A stretch of DNA of 62,821 nt, the filler included, from Rhabdomonas costata (Eukaryota): assembly GCA_019059605.1 (NCBI GenBank). It is 14 parts of 14 records of this genome, joined end to end, with 100 filler letters (N's around TTAATTAATTAA, not from the genome) between each part and the next. Parts side by side here need not be neighbours in the genome. Positions count along the whole stretch, not along the records: positions 1 to 4,467 come from JAHMHO010000248.1; positions 4,568 to 8,974 come from JAHMHO010000249.1; positions 9,075 to 13,477 come from JAHMHO010000250.1; 11 more parts are not named here. One strand, given 5' to 3'. The notes below the pieces were generated by a model. It ran no database searches and had not been told where the DNA came from. It was given only the letters and a program-made list of their open reading frames with translations. Below are positions 1 to 11,582 of the stretch, piece by piece (positions within the stretch are counted from its first letter, which is position 1; each line of letters starts with the position of its first letter). The position numbers were made by a program, and so were the translations under genes.

Positions 1-559
1 GGTTGTGGGGGCTGCTGACACTTGGCCGTCGTGTTTTTTCGATCGCTGCGGACACTGTGAGTGTGCATGTGACGCTGTGGTGTGCGTCCTTCCAGCGTGT
101 GCCTGGCTGGGGCCAGTGCCTTGTAATTGCGTGGATTTTATCGCTAGTGGTTCTGGCTGCATTTCTGGGTTGTGCCTGTTTGACGCCAAGAACAGCATTC
201 AAGTGTTGTAGTGGTATCATGACCAGAGAGCGGGAGGGGTGCTTTTATAATGGAAAGGATGCTCATCCTCGTGGACAGACCAGTGCCGATGCAGAGCACT
301 GACGCTGAAATTATTTTCCGACGTTCCGCGAAGGATACGAAGTACCTGTGAACCGAAGAAAAAGATGTTGTTTTGAAGGTAGCAGCTGCTAGATCCCATC
401 CTCCATTCTGTTGCTGCGTTCAGAACTGCCATAAATTCCCCGACTTTCCGTCATCAAGATTTGCGAATTCCGGCCGTCGTCAAAAATGATGCTTTTTCCT
501 CCCGTGATATCTTCGCTCGGAACCTTATCATCAGCTCCTCCTGGATTTCGTCCCCAACA

Positions 560-1309
560 ATGGCGCCCACGATGAGTCTTCGAACGCCCACCGCGTCCGA
601 CGCCAAGGTTCTGGCCGAGCTGGAGATGATGTGTGCGCCAGAGGTCTACCCGTACATCTTCGATGCGGGCGGCAGGACTGCGGTAGAGTTCATTCTGTAC
701 GCCTTGCAGCACCAGCACGGGGAAATGGGCTACGGGTGCCACACCTGCGTCGTCGAGGGGCCGGCTGATGCGCCCGGTGCTATTGTCGCCAACGGCGCGG
801 AGTTCAGTGGCAGGGACATCCTGAAGTTCATGCTCACCCATTTTGTGCACATCCTGAGGTTTTACCCCTTTCCTGCTTCCCTGGGGGTCTTTTTCAGGGG
901 CCTTCAAGTAGAGCGCATCATTCAGCCCCCTGATTGGGACACTCACTACATCAGCCACCTTGCCACGGATCCCAGCCGGAGAGGCCAAGGTATTGGGGAA
1001 ACGCTGATCAGAGCCTTCATCAGCCGGGGAAAAGCCCTGGGCCGACGCAAGATTGAGCTGGACGTCGCGGAAACCAACCCCCGCGCTGAGGCGCTGTACC
1101 GGCGTGTCGGGTTTGTACGGCTGCACCTGCGGAAGTCCACGCTATGCCGGAATGGGGTGAAAGTCCCGGGGTATTACCGAATGAGGTTCGTCGATCCCCA
1201 GGAAGGGCAACAGGGCTTGGGAAATGGTGTTTCTGCCAAAAGTGTTGCGGGGGTGTTTTTGTGGTTTGTTGTGTGTACTGCTGCCCTGGCAAGGCCGGTG
1301 GCTGGGTGA
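560..1309 (+). CDS. GNAT-family N-acetyltransferase, intronless
   Basis: The ORF from ATG 560 has the acetyl-CoA motif A (YISHLATDPSRRGQGIG) and motif B (LDVAETNPRAEALYRRVGF). No intron is needed. The last ~30 codons are uncertain. Confidence 0.9.
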   Translation: MAPTMSLRTPTASDAKVLAELEMMCAPEVYPYIFDAGGRTAVEFILYALQHQHGEMGYGCHTCVVEGPADAPGAIVANGAEFSGRDILKFMLTHFVHILRFYPFPASLGVFFRGLQVERIIQPPDWDTHYISHLATDPSRRGQGIGETLIRAFISRGKALGRRKIELDVAETNPRAEALYRRVGFVRLHLRKSTLCRNGVKVPGYYRMRFVDPQEGQQGLGNGVSAKSVAGVFLWFVVCTAALARPVAG

Positions 1310-2156
1310 GGCAAGCCGGAGCGTGGTGGTGGTCCGTGGTTGGAGGCGGAGGGCGGATGAAAAAAAAAAGGTATTACACAGCGCGACTTTCTGTCGGCCG
1401 TGCTTTTGGCTCTTAGGGAGACTTCTTCCTGTTCTTGTCCTGCTTCCCTCAGGGGTAGGCCCTTTACTTCCACGTTTTTCTTCGTCCTTGTCATCTCTGT
1501 AGCTATCTGAAGTCAAGGTCAATTGTCAATCGAGCCTTCTGTTCGCCGGTGTGCGTGCGCGCGTGGAAGGGGCTCGTTGGGAGGTTTCTGAGTGGTAACT
1601 TTGGGATCTCGTACACGAGACTTGGAGAACGGGTCATGTTTTTGATTAGAGGATTTTTTAGATAATAGTTGTGTCGGTTGCGTCCCCCGTTTGTCGATAA
1701 ATCCCTCTCCTCCTTTTTCTCGGCTCTGATCCGGGAGCCAAAATTGCCCGTCCTTGGCGGGGACTTTGTGGCTCGGTATTCTTGGAAATTCAAGCGAGTG
1801 CGTGGATGCGGGCGACAGGTTTTTTCGTTTGGGCCTGAGTGAGTGAGTATGGTTGGGGGTAAGTGTGGGCGGCTGGCTGCCAAGGCAGTGGGGTGCTTCC
1901 TCACGCCCCTGCTTTTTCAGGTCACGGTTATCTGTTTGTCACGCTTTGTGACCTCAGTTTTCGTTGCCTTGATGCTGCTTCACGTGCAACCGAGTGGAAG
2001 TGACACCAGCTCAACTCATCTCCTCCTTTTTGTTTTGTCCACCAGATCCCCGATCTAGCTAACTTCATTTTTGGAAAATGCCACACAATTATCGGCGATT
2101 CTCCGGCTATAAAACACACCCCCTCTCGAAGGACTCCGTTATCCCCCCAGCTAAAA

Positions 2157-2293
2157 CTGAAACCCGCAATCTGAAACCCGTAATTACAGGTTTCAGGTCT
2201 CAGGGGGACCCTACCCGAAAAACCTGAACCACGCCCGAATCACGCCCGACTCGTGCCAGCATCTCGCCCGAATCACCCGAATCCCGCCCGAAA
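2157..2293. repeat. Near-palindrome (ctgaaacccgtaattacaggtttcag) followed by degenerate cgcccgaatca repeats, running into an assembly gap
   Basis: Read directly from the sequence. It abuts the N gap at 2325-3281, consistent with an unresolved repeat. Confidence 0.5.
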
Positions 2294-4467
2294 TGCTGAC
2301 GTACCCGGTTTGACCCGAACGGGANNNNNNNNNNNNNNNNNNNNNNNNNNNNNNNNNNNNNNNNNNNNNNNNNNNNNNNNNNNNNNNNNNNNNNNNNNNN
2401 NNNNNNNNNNNNNNNNNNNNNNNNNNNNNNNNNNNNNNNNNNNNNNNNNNNNNNNNNNNNNNNNNNNNNNNNNNNNNNNNNNNNNNNNNNNNNNNNNNNN
2501 NNNNNNNNNNNNNNNNNNNNNNNNNNNNNNNNNNNNNNNNNNNNNNNNNNNNNNNNNNNNNNNNNNNNNNNNNNNNNNNNNNNNNNNNNNNNNNNNNNNN
2601 NNNNNNNNNNNNNNNNNNNNNNNNNNNNNNNNNNNNNNNNNNNNNNNNNNNNNNNNNNNNNNNNNNNNNNNNNNNNNNNNNNNNNNNNNNNNNNNNNNNN
2701 NNNNNNNNNNNNNNNNNNNNNNNNNNNNNNNNNNNNNNNNNNNNNNNNNNNNNNNNNNNNNNNNNNNNNNNNNNNNNNNNNNNNNNNNNNNNNNNNNNNN
2801 NNNNNNNNNNNNNNNNNNNNNNNNNNNNNNNNNNNNNNNNNNNNNNNNNNNNNNNNNNNNNNNNNNNNNNNNNNNNNNNNNNNNNNNNNNNNNNNNNNNN
2901 NNNNNNNNNNNNNNNNNNNNNNNNNNNNNNNNNNNNNNNNNNNNNNNNNNNNNNNNNNNNNNNNNNNNNNNNNNNNNNNNNNNNNNNNNNNNNNNNNNNN
3001 NNNNNNNNNNNNNNNNNNNNNNNNNNNNNNNNNNNNNNNNNNNNNNNNNNNNNNNNNNNNNNNNNNNNNNNNNNNNNNNNNNNNNNNNNNNNNNNNNNNN
3101 NNNNNNNNNNNNNNNNNNNNNNNNNNNNNNNNNNNNNNNNNNNNNNNNNNNNNNNNNNNNNNNNNNNNNNNNNNNNNNNNNNNNNNNNNNNNNNNNNNNN
3201 NNNNNNNNNNNNNNNNNNNNNNNNNNNNNNNNNNNNNNNNNNNNNNNNNNNNNNNNNNNNNNNNNNNNNNNNNNNNNNNNNGGTGCACGCGACCGCACGC
3301 ACACGCACACCATGTCCTGTGATCACCGCGCTAACGCCACACTCTTTTCCACCCCTCTCCCTCTGCTGGTGTCTCGGGTCTCCGAGGCTTTCGCCTACGG
3401 TTCCGCTGTGGTCCTGCTTCACCTCCTCTGTAAAAACACGATTAAAGGCGAAACAAAACACAAATTCAAACAAAAAACTACCTTTTACGTTTAACTCCAC
3501 ATTAACGTACTCACGCAATTTTTAAGAACCTAATCAAGGAACTTTCTATGTAATTCTTATTGGCGTTCAGGGGCACCAATGTAGTCAGGACGAATTCTTG
3601 AAATCTACCTGACCTGTGAAAACTCGGGAGAAAGGTGAGAATGCAACTTTCTTCCTCCGGAACCCTGGAACACAATCTGTGGATTTTTAAATCGGTCGTG
3701 TCGTATGCTGGCTACCTCTTTCCACGTGAATTCCCTCCATTGGCCTGGCTCTCTGCATCGCCAGGGGTCTTCCCCACTGTCTCTCTGCTGACATTCCCTC
3801 TCTTACCTGGCCCTGCTCTCCTTCTCGCACAGATGGTTGATATATAGCCTGACCCATGGCCTAGCCAGGAGCTGGCTCACGAGGAGCTGAGATTCAACTT
3901 CTGTCTCAGTTGAAACTTGACAAAATGGCACTCTGGAAACCTCTAGAAAATGTCTTTGTCCCACGCATGTGACTTTTCTTTTCTGTCTCTTGATGTGTAA
4001 ACACCTGGGTAATCTGGACCGTTACACCTTTCCCTGCTACGACGGAGGACGTCTTCAGCAGACGGCTTACGGCCAAAAACCCCAGCGGTCCACCTGTAGA
4101 ACTGCAAAAGCACCTTTTCCCCTGTAGATGTGTATTCATATATACACCCTTGTATGGTATGTGTATGTGCAACACTCGTCTTCGTGAAACATGACATGAA
4201 TCTGCACCAACTCTGGATGAGAAGTACACACCAGATGGCGCATCAGCACAACAGTCTGTGGAAAGGCTCCCCACACACAACAAACCTCACACATCTGGAT
4301 TGAACGCAACGCTGTGGAAACACACCACATACGCTGTGGAAACACGGCACACACTCACACATCATCATAGCTCCAACCCACAATCATAGCCATGCCTCTT
4401 CACCCATGAATCTTCAATTGTGTGCGGGTCCATAATATCTACGGTACTTCGAAAGAACGTCTTCTTC

Positions 4468-4567
4468 NNNNNNNNNNNNNNNNNNNNNNNNNNNNNNNNN
4501 NNNNNNNNNNNTTAATTAATTAANNNNNNNNNNNNNNNNNNNNNNNNNNNNNNNNNNNNNNNNNNNN
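4468..4567. other. Artificial scaffold spacer (N44-TTAATTAATTAA-N44). Also at 8975, 13478, 18003, 22507, 27008, 31507, 36000, 40493, 44969, 49436, 53895 and 58372
   Basis: An identical 100-bp block with stops in all six frames recurs every ~4.5 kb, and genes are truncated at these points. Confidence 0.98.
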
Positions 4568-4955
4568 GTGGGTGGGGTGGGTCATGTATATGACAGTCTG
4601 CTACTATCAGCGTGCCTACCCTTCGCGTGCCACCGCGCCTGCAGTATGAGTTGGAATCGCCGGGGCACGTATACACGTCCACATGTCCGCTTCTCAAGGT
4701 TTGCTGTTTAGCTCTCAGAGCAAGGGGTTCCGGACTTAGGCTCAACGGAGAACAGCCCCCCCTGCTTGCCTGGAAGATGTGTTGGGGACTGCGACCCTCG
4801 CAAAAGTCTGGGTGTTGCCCTTGCTGCAAGTTTGCGAGGATTCTCAGGCCAATCAGCCAGCGCTCCGTGCATTCAAGGGATTCCGTTTGTGCAGCTTCCT
4901 CTCGTGCCATTGGTTGCCTCTCAGAGTCCCTTCTTAAGCACTCAAAATCCAACAG

Positions 4956-7900
4956 GATCACCGCCCATGTGGCGCAGTGGCCGGATCGGTACCCCGCACA
5001 GCCGGAAATGGCCGCGCCCCCTACCGAGCTGGACCCTGTGCTTCTGCCCGACCTGTGCTTCGGGTTTGCTGGGCTGGAGTGGAGCTCACCCCATCAGTAC
5101 CAGGTCGACCAGGTAAACCTCAGAAGAGTGACTTTATTTGTTCACTCTTTCTCTTCTTACGTTTTTTTTTTGATGTTGCGCCTTTGTTTAGAAGCGAGTC
5201 TTCCATCTTCCACATTTGTTTTGGTGCCGTTTATTCACTGCTTATGGCTGGTACCATGCCATCAGCGGGTGTCTCCTAGGTTGCCCTGCTTTGTTCAGGT
5301 TGTTTGATCCAAATTTGTTTTGCTTTTGTGCGTTGCTCGGATGCAGTGGTCACAGTAGTAGTGCTGCTTAATATTACCAGTGCTTCGCATAGTGACCCAG
5401 CTGGCCGTCTGAAAGTCTATGGCTTTTGGCATTAAACTTGGCAAGTTTGCAAGGACCCAAGCCCCGCGTCATGCTTCGGTTTAGCTCGAAGATTCTGAAG
5501 GGTCTTTCGATTGTTTTGCAGGTGATGACAGCACTTTGCAACAGGTTCACCACCACCACCACACCCCGCCCATGTATGCGCCACCGGCTTTGGAGCGGTG
5601 TCGAGGAGATCTTCGTTTTGTTGTTTTTTCGTTCGACCCAACGCAAGTTTTGTTTTGCCGTTCACGGGATGTGCCTTAAGTACGCAGTCTTTTGCGTAAT
5701 GGGCCCCTTTGGTTTTCGCCAATCTGAGAGCTGGCACACATCACCGACGAGTCCACTCCTTTTCCTTCACTTCAGACTGGCGGCCAATCTCACTCCGGAG
5801 CTCGTGCAGGGCTGCAGTCCCCCTGTGTGCAGTTCGGCAGAGGGCGCCGATGGCTCACAGAAGGTGCACATGTAATCCCTCCCGGCTTACATTTTCACAT
5901 CACTGATTTTGGCTTCGAGGGCGTTCCCTTCGATGCTGATTTGGTCACGAGACCACTCTTCGGATTCAGTCGGCATTGGCCTCACTATGCTTCGTTCAGG
6001 CACATCAGCCACCATTTCTTGTGCGCCCAGGGGACCTCCCCGTCGGCGGGCGGCCACTTTGCCCTGGTGCTGGAGGAAGGCGCTCGTGCTTTGCATCGCT
6101 TTGACGACTTCATTGAGGCCTTGCTTCGCGCCGGCCACCAGGTGTGGTTCTATTGTCACGCTGTGCCCCAGCATACCGCATGAATCCCAAAAATACCGTC
6201 CGTGCCCACGCAACACGGATGCAGATATCTGTTCATTCTTAAGCAGTCTGTATATCTTATTGTAACTCGATACATCGGTGGTGCATCCGTGTCGCCATCC
6301 TTTTACTTGGCTTTCATTCTTCTGCTTCTTTTCTTTTTAATAAGGTGACATGCAAAGTGATGCACCACGTGGCGGTTTTCGGGATCGGGCTCTGTGTGCG
6401 TCAGCCGGGCGCCACCTTTTCCAACATTCCCGTGGCCTGCTTCCAGCAACTGGTGAGCGTTTGTGCGCGTGTTTTCAGTAGCCGTATTCTCTTCATCGAT
6501 GATGTTTTTGTAGGAGAGGTAGGCGCTAGGGGATTGAGCGGCACCCTCCGTGGCCGTTTCACGCTCCCCTTCTTTGTCGTGGCTGTGTTACCAGTGGCAG
6601 CGAACTTTACCGAGGGCATTCTCTTTTGCACGCAAAGGGGTTCCTGAAAAGCAAGAGTGGTGATGAAGCGGTTCTCCCCCTTCATCACGCGGCGGTCGTG
6701 TTCGAGGTGCAGGGGCCTCTGCTGTCGTTCTCGCTTGCCTTCTACCACTCCATAAATGGTACGGCACACGCCACAATGAAGATTGGAGTTGCGGTGAAGA
6801 CGCCTCGGGTTTCGCTTCCTCTTGTTTTCTTGTGTGGCCCCCGACACAATAACGAATTTGTTACGACTGGTTGAAGCCAAAGACCGTGGTTGTAAATTTC
6901 AGCTCATTTTCAAATCACATTTCCTCAGTTGTTCTTCGTGCTTTTTTCTTCAGCTCTGCATGTCAATTTTTTCCAGGCCTCGTTGGATTCCACCCGCTGG
7001 ATGGGATGCGGTGTCCGTGGAATCCTGGCCGAGTTGTACAGTCGACCTCAGGTCCTCGGCAGCCTTGTGTTCTTCCTCCCCGGTCCCCGACTCATTCGGA
7101 AGATTTGAGAAAGAGGGGGTGGAGCCGAGATCGGGCAAAGGAGGAGCGAATTGTTGTGGTTGTGATTTGGGTTTCGAATTGTCTTCACCAAACTGAAGAC
7201 CCGACGCACTAATCCCTGGAAAACGTCACGAACTACAAAACACTCCCGTGCGCTGAGGCCCACGCGCGTGATACGCACAAAGGGAGTGCACTCATTGAGG
7301 CACCAGGTGGCGTTCGGTGGTCCGTTTGAGTGGCCGCGCTCCTTCCCGTGATTGATGAGATTTCTTTCAGGTGGTATACAAGCGGCCTTCAGCCTGCGTG
7401 GATGTTGGATTGCACCCAGGACGATCTTGATCCCTCCCGGCAGCTCAATTTTGCTGGCTGTTTTTTCTCTTTTGGCTACGCGGGTGGATTCGATTGAAAA
7501 GGGCCTTTTTGCTTTTCAAAGGTTAGTACGTGTGAATTGATTCACCGCACGTTTCAGGAGTCGTTTTGTCATTTGGCCCTTTTGGTCATTCGGAGCCCTG
7601 CGAAAGGGAAGTGATTTGCTATCATTTGGCTCGTTGCCTTTTTCTTCGTTTTTTCCGTTCCGTTCTCTGACCAAGAATCGTGTGGTCGTATGGTCGTTAC
7701 CGCTTTTTCTCTGTCTCGTTTTCTTGTTTTTTTTTGCTACCCTGACACTTTGGTCACTGTGCTCCTATACGTGAAGTGTTGGTAAAAAAAATTTTCGAGC
7801 CTGACAATTAGGGAGGGGAATTTTTCTGTTCGTTTTTAGGGACCGATGCCTTGGTTTGGGCCCGAGCCTTGACCTTGTGCATTCCTGTCCTGAGCAGCTA

Positions 7901-8821
7901 TGCAACCCGATGTGGTCTTCCAAGCGGTTTCTGATTTCTTCCGTGGGCTGGGTTTCAGACCTCTTCCTTCTTTGCACTGGCCTTGGTGGATTATGGATCA
8001 GTGGGACTTTTATTGAGGGCCTTGGTCCACATGTCTTTCTCGAGGAACTTTGCTCTTTTCTAACCAGCTCATTTACCACCTTTAGGCCTGTGAAACGATA
8101 TATAGGCTTGGGTACTGGGAGTGCTGGACCTTGGCAGCAGAGGTGGTCAAGCCTATTTTGTGGCGCAGGCCAGGGCTGCCGCGGGGGTTGGGCAGTACAC
8201 TGAGCAGTTCTTATCGACCTGACTGATGAAAGATTTAGTGATGTTGTTTTGGTATGAAGTGCCACGTCCCCGAAGTGGAAAAAAAAGGGGGGGGTACCGT
8301 GTAAGCGCTCCTATGAGCACATATTTTTTTGTCAAAATCAAATAGTTGTTGCGCGCTTCTGAATTATTGTCAGTGATAATAGTTTAACGCCCACTTGGGG
8401 TGCCCGTTTATTGTAATCTGGAAGACGGCTGGTGCTTTGCAATCATGATTTTGAATTTTCTTCGTTTTGCGTTAACGCAAAACAACATTGCGTTTGAGTA
8501 ACCCCTGATAGGGAAAGGCCAATAATTGCGACCAGAGGCTGTCTTGAATTTGCACGCGGTTCTATATGTCCCATTGAGATGTATCCTGCCTCTTCTGAGT
8601 GCCACACTGAAGCGCAAGGTGGTTGTTGTGGTCAAAGGCTGTTTTATTGGGCTGGTCAGGAGGGTATGGACTCGTCGGGGTTTGCACTGACTCCGTCGCT
8701 CTGGTGCAACACGCGATCACCGGGGCGACGGACGAGTACCCGTGTTTAGGACGGGCGGAGCACCGCCGTGTGATGCGCAGGCTGTTCTTTTCCGCCGCGC
8801 AGGGCCTTCGCCCCCGCGAAG
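4956..8821 (+). CDS. Multi-exon protein of unknown function (partial)
   Basis: Phase-compatible GT-AG exons: 4956-5112, 5522-5544, 5776-5863, 6031-6141, 6345-6452, 6638-6758, 6977-7051 and 8660-8821. They give globular-looking peptides such as RFDDFIEALLRAGHQVTCKV, FYHSINGLVGFHP and GGYGLVGVCTDSVALVQHAITGATDEYP. An exon may be missing between 7051 and 8660. Confidence 0.6.
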
Positions 8822-9666
8822 GTGGCATCTTTCTTTCCCTTTCGATTCTTTCTTTATTTCTCTATAAGGCAACCTTTTGTGCGCTTGGTACATTAACGTT
8901 GTTTCCCATTTCACATCATCGGGATTCCTGTAAAACCCAGGAACGGGAGGAAGGCGTGGCTTCCACAACCCCCCNNNNNNNNNNNNNNNNNNNNNNNNNN
9001 NNNNNNNNNNNNNNNNNNTTAATTAATTAANNNNNNNNNNNNNNNNNNNNNNNNNNNNNNNNNNNNNNNNNNNNGTTTGTTTTTACCATTTCCAGAATAT
9101 GCAGAAGTGGTTCCGTTTGGGGGAGTGCCGCAATCTCGTCGTTGGGGTGGTCTCCAGTCGCTTGAGAACGGCACACGCACCCACACGTGTTCCTTCTCGG
9201 TAAGGGGCATACTTTGACGCCTTGGCGTGGCAACTGCTCGGACGGGCCTTCAATTTACTAGGGGCCTAAAAGCAAAGCTGTATCTCCATCTGAATAGCCA
9301 TTCTCCCCTCACGGTTGTTTGATAATTGCCCGGGTCGTTCCAATCTCTCGCTTCTAAAACATTCACGCTACGTGTGAACATTTCCAAGATGACTCGCTCG
9401 ACTGCTTGGAAACCTTCAAATGGTTTGAACCGAGTGGACTGCGCTTCCTGCACCAGTTCCTTTGTTCTGGATTAATTCAACCCAAGATCCTGCGATTTTG
9501 TGCACCTGTCACCACCTCTTCTTCACGAATTCATGGACACAGGAACAGCTTTGTGAGTATTATGCTGGCGTGCCTGAATGGTATCATGTCAAATCATGTC
9601 AGGGGCCTTTGCGCAATGACGGCTGTGGTCCCAGAGACATTGCACCTCACCAACGCCGCTCCACAG

Positions 9667-11057
9667 GGATCGACGTGCTGGTTCTCAACCACATCATCGG
9701 GTTCTTCCAGAAATGGGGGGCCCACAGCAGCCCCGACTTGTCCTACGCCCGCACGGTGCTGCAGGTCAATCTCCTGAGCTACATCGCGCTAGCCACCACT
9801 GCGCTGCCGGTGCTGGAACAGTCCCGTGGAACGGTAGTAGTGGTGTCCTCGTTTGCGGGCAAGATGCCCACCCCGTTCACCACAGTTTACGCCGCGGCGA
9901 AGCACGGACTGCATGGCTTCTTTGGAGGGTTGCGGCAGGACCTGTGGTGCGCTGCCTCCCTATTCTCCCCAGATGCCCCCCTACCCTCCTTCCCGTTTGC
10001 GCCGTCATCGTCCGCCTATGTTGGTGTGCGTGCGGGCATTGTACAGAGTTGTGAGCAATGGTGCGCTCAGCGTGTACTGGCCCCCCCCACTAGCGCGCAT
10101 TGTGCCCCCCCCACACACACACCTGATTACGGTGCATTTTACCGGCCCATGGTACTGATGAACTGAGAGTGTGTTGCGCAGGGGCAATCCACCCTCCCAC
10201 ACACATACACACACATCTAGGGGTACATGTATCCCTACGTAGCCCTCTTCGAGATCTTTTTCTTGTCCTTGGGGACACGTGCATCCATCTGAGCCGCTGC
10301 GAAATCTAATAGAGGGACGAGACGTGCATCCTGAGGGGTACATAAACCGTACACCGTCTACGGGGGCGGGGTCCCCAAAATACCCCAGCGCCACAACGGA
10401 TTGAAAGTTGGTGGTAAGGGGGAAGGTAAATGACATATGCGCCCTTTTACAACTCCCAACTCCGTTGCCCAGAGGTTGAGTTGCTCCTTTAGCTGTAAAC
10501 ATTCTTGTTTTGTTGGCAGAGGGCCAGGCTGTGGAAATTCTTCTTTTGCTTTCTCTCTCACTCAGCAAGTATGTGTCCCGATCTAACATGTCCCAGTTTG
10601 TTATCGCTGTTTTGGCTGGGGAGGTAGCATGATACCACCCATTATCATAATCATAATCAAAATAATTACTGCCGTCAAACCACCCAACTCGCACTCACCT
10701 CTTCCTCTCCAAGCCCTCCTGCAAATCTGCGCGTGTGCGCGCTTCTGCGCATCTGCAGTCGCAAAAAAAAAATGCCCTCCCTTCAGGTACGCGCGCTCCA
10801 ACGTCTCGATCACCGTGTGCGTCCTCGGGGCCTTCAGCACGCCCCGTTTCCATGACAACGTCAAATCGGCGCTGCGGCTGCCCAGCCTTCCCGCGACTCA
10901 GGCCGCAGAGTGCATTGTGGACTCCGCGCTGCTCCGTGCCCGGGAGGCATACTGCCCCAGTGCCATGCGTGTGGCTGCTATACTAGCACCGCTCTTCCCT
11001 CAGAGCTTCGAGGCGCTTTTCCGGATGGTGCACAATGAGAGTGGACTGGAAGCCTGA
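9667..11057 (+). CDS. Short-chain dehydrogenase/reductase, 11-beta-hydroxysteroid dehydrogenase 1-like (3' part)
   Basis: Exons 9667-9946 and 10787-11057 join in phase. GIDVLVLNHI (LNH is typical of HSD11B1-like SDRs), VVVVSS, catalytic YAAAK then HGFFGGLRQDL, and NVSITVCVLG are present. Confidence 0.88.
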
Positions 11058-11487
11058 AGCCATTGTGGAGCATGTGTACAACCAATTTCACGCAGTTTTG
11101 CAGCGGTTAGGGTTAAGAACTCAAGAAGCAAATGATTTGCCCTGGCCGCTGTCACGGTGGCCCACACATCTGGCAAGCGTCTGCCTTGCGCTGAATTGCA
11201 AAGTGGACCACAACGCTTTGTTTGTGCAATCATGGTGACTCCTAATCTGGTTGATAGTGTGTGGATGCTTGCAATCGAGGGCTGATGATCATCAGATCAA
11301 CCCCCCATTTGACGTTAGTTACCTAGGTGTTGAGAAATGAGGTCACATAATGCTATGCTATCCATAAAATCATGCGCTTCTTTCTCAGGTTCCTGGATTT
11401 TTTGATGGCCTTTGTGTTTTTACGTATCGTGGTGTCACCTGTTTTCTGAAGGAGAGGTTTCCCCTTTTCCGCCCCTCGATCGTGAGA

Positions 11488-11546
11488 ATGGCGACCAGCA
11501 CCTTTCGAGTCAGGTGGGTGCGCCTGCCCTGTACTGCAGGCTATTC

Positions 11547-11582
<36 letters not shown>

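Noticed and set aside
389..1126. 245-aa minus-strand ORF
   Set aside because: It is the antisense shadow of the GC-rich GNAT gene.
4512..4523. TTAATTAATTAA recurring every ~4.5 kb as a biological periodic motif
   Set aside because: It is always embedded in exactly 44+44 N and is an artificial six-frame-stop linker.
7761..8314. 8-bp direct repeat gctcctat bracketing ~540 bp of intron as a target-site duplication
   Set aside because: There are no terminal inverted repeats, poly(A) tail or identifiable coding remnant, so it is compatible with chance.
10005..10694. 229-aa antisense ORF inside the SDR intron
   Set aside because: It has no recognisable domain, a non-ATG start and runs through simple repeats.
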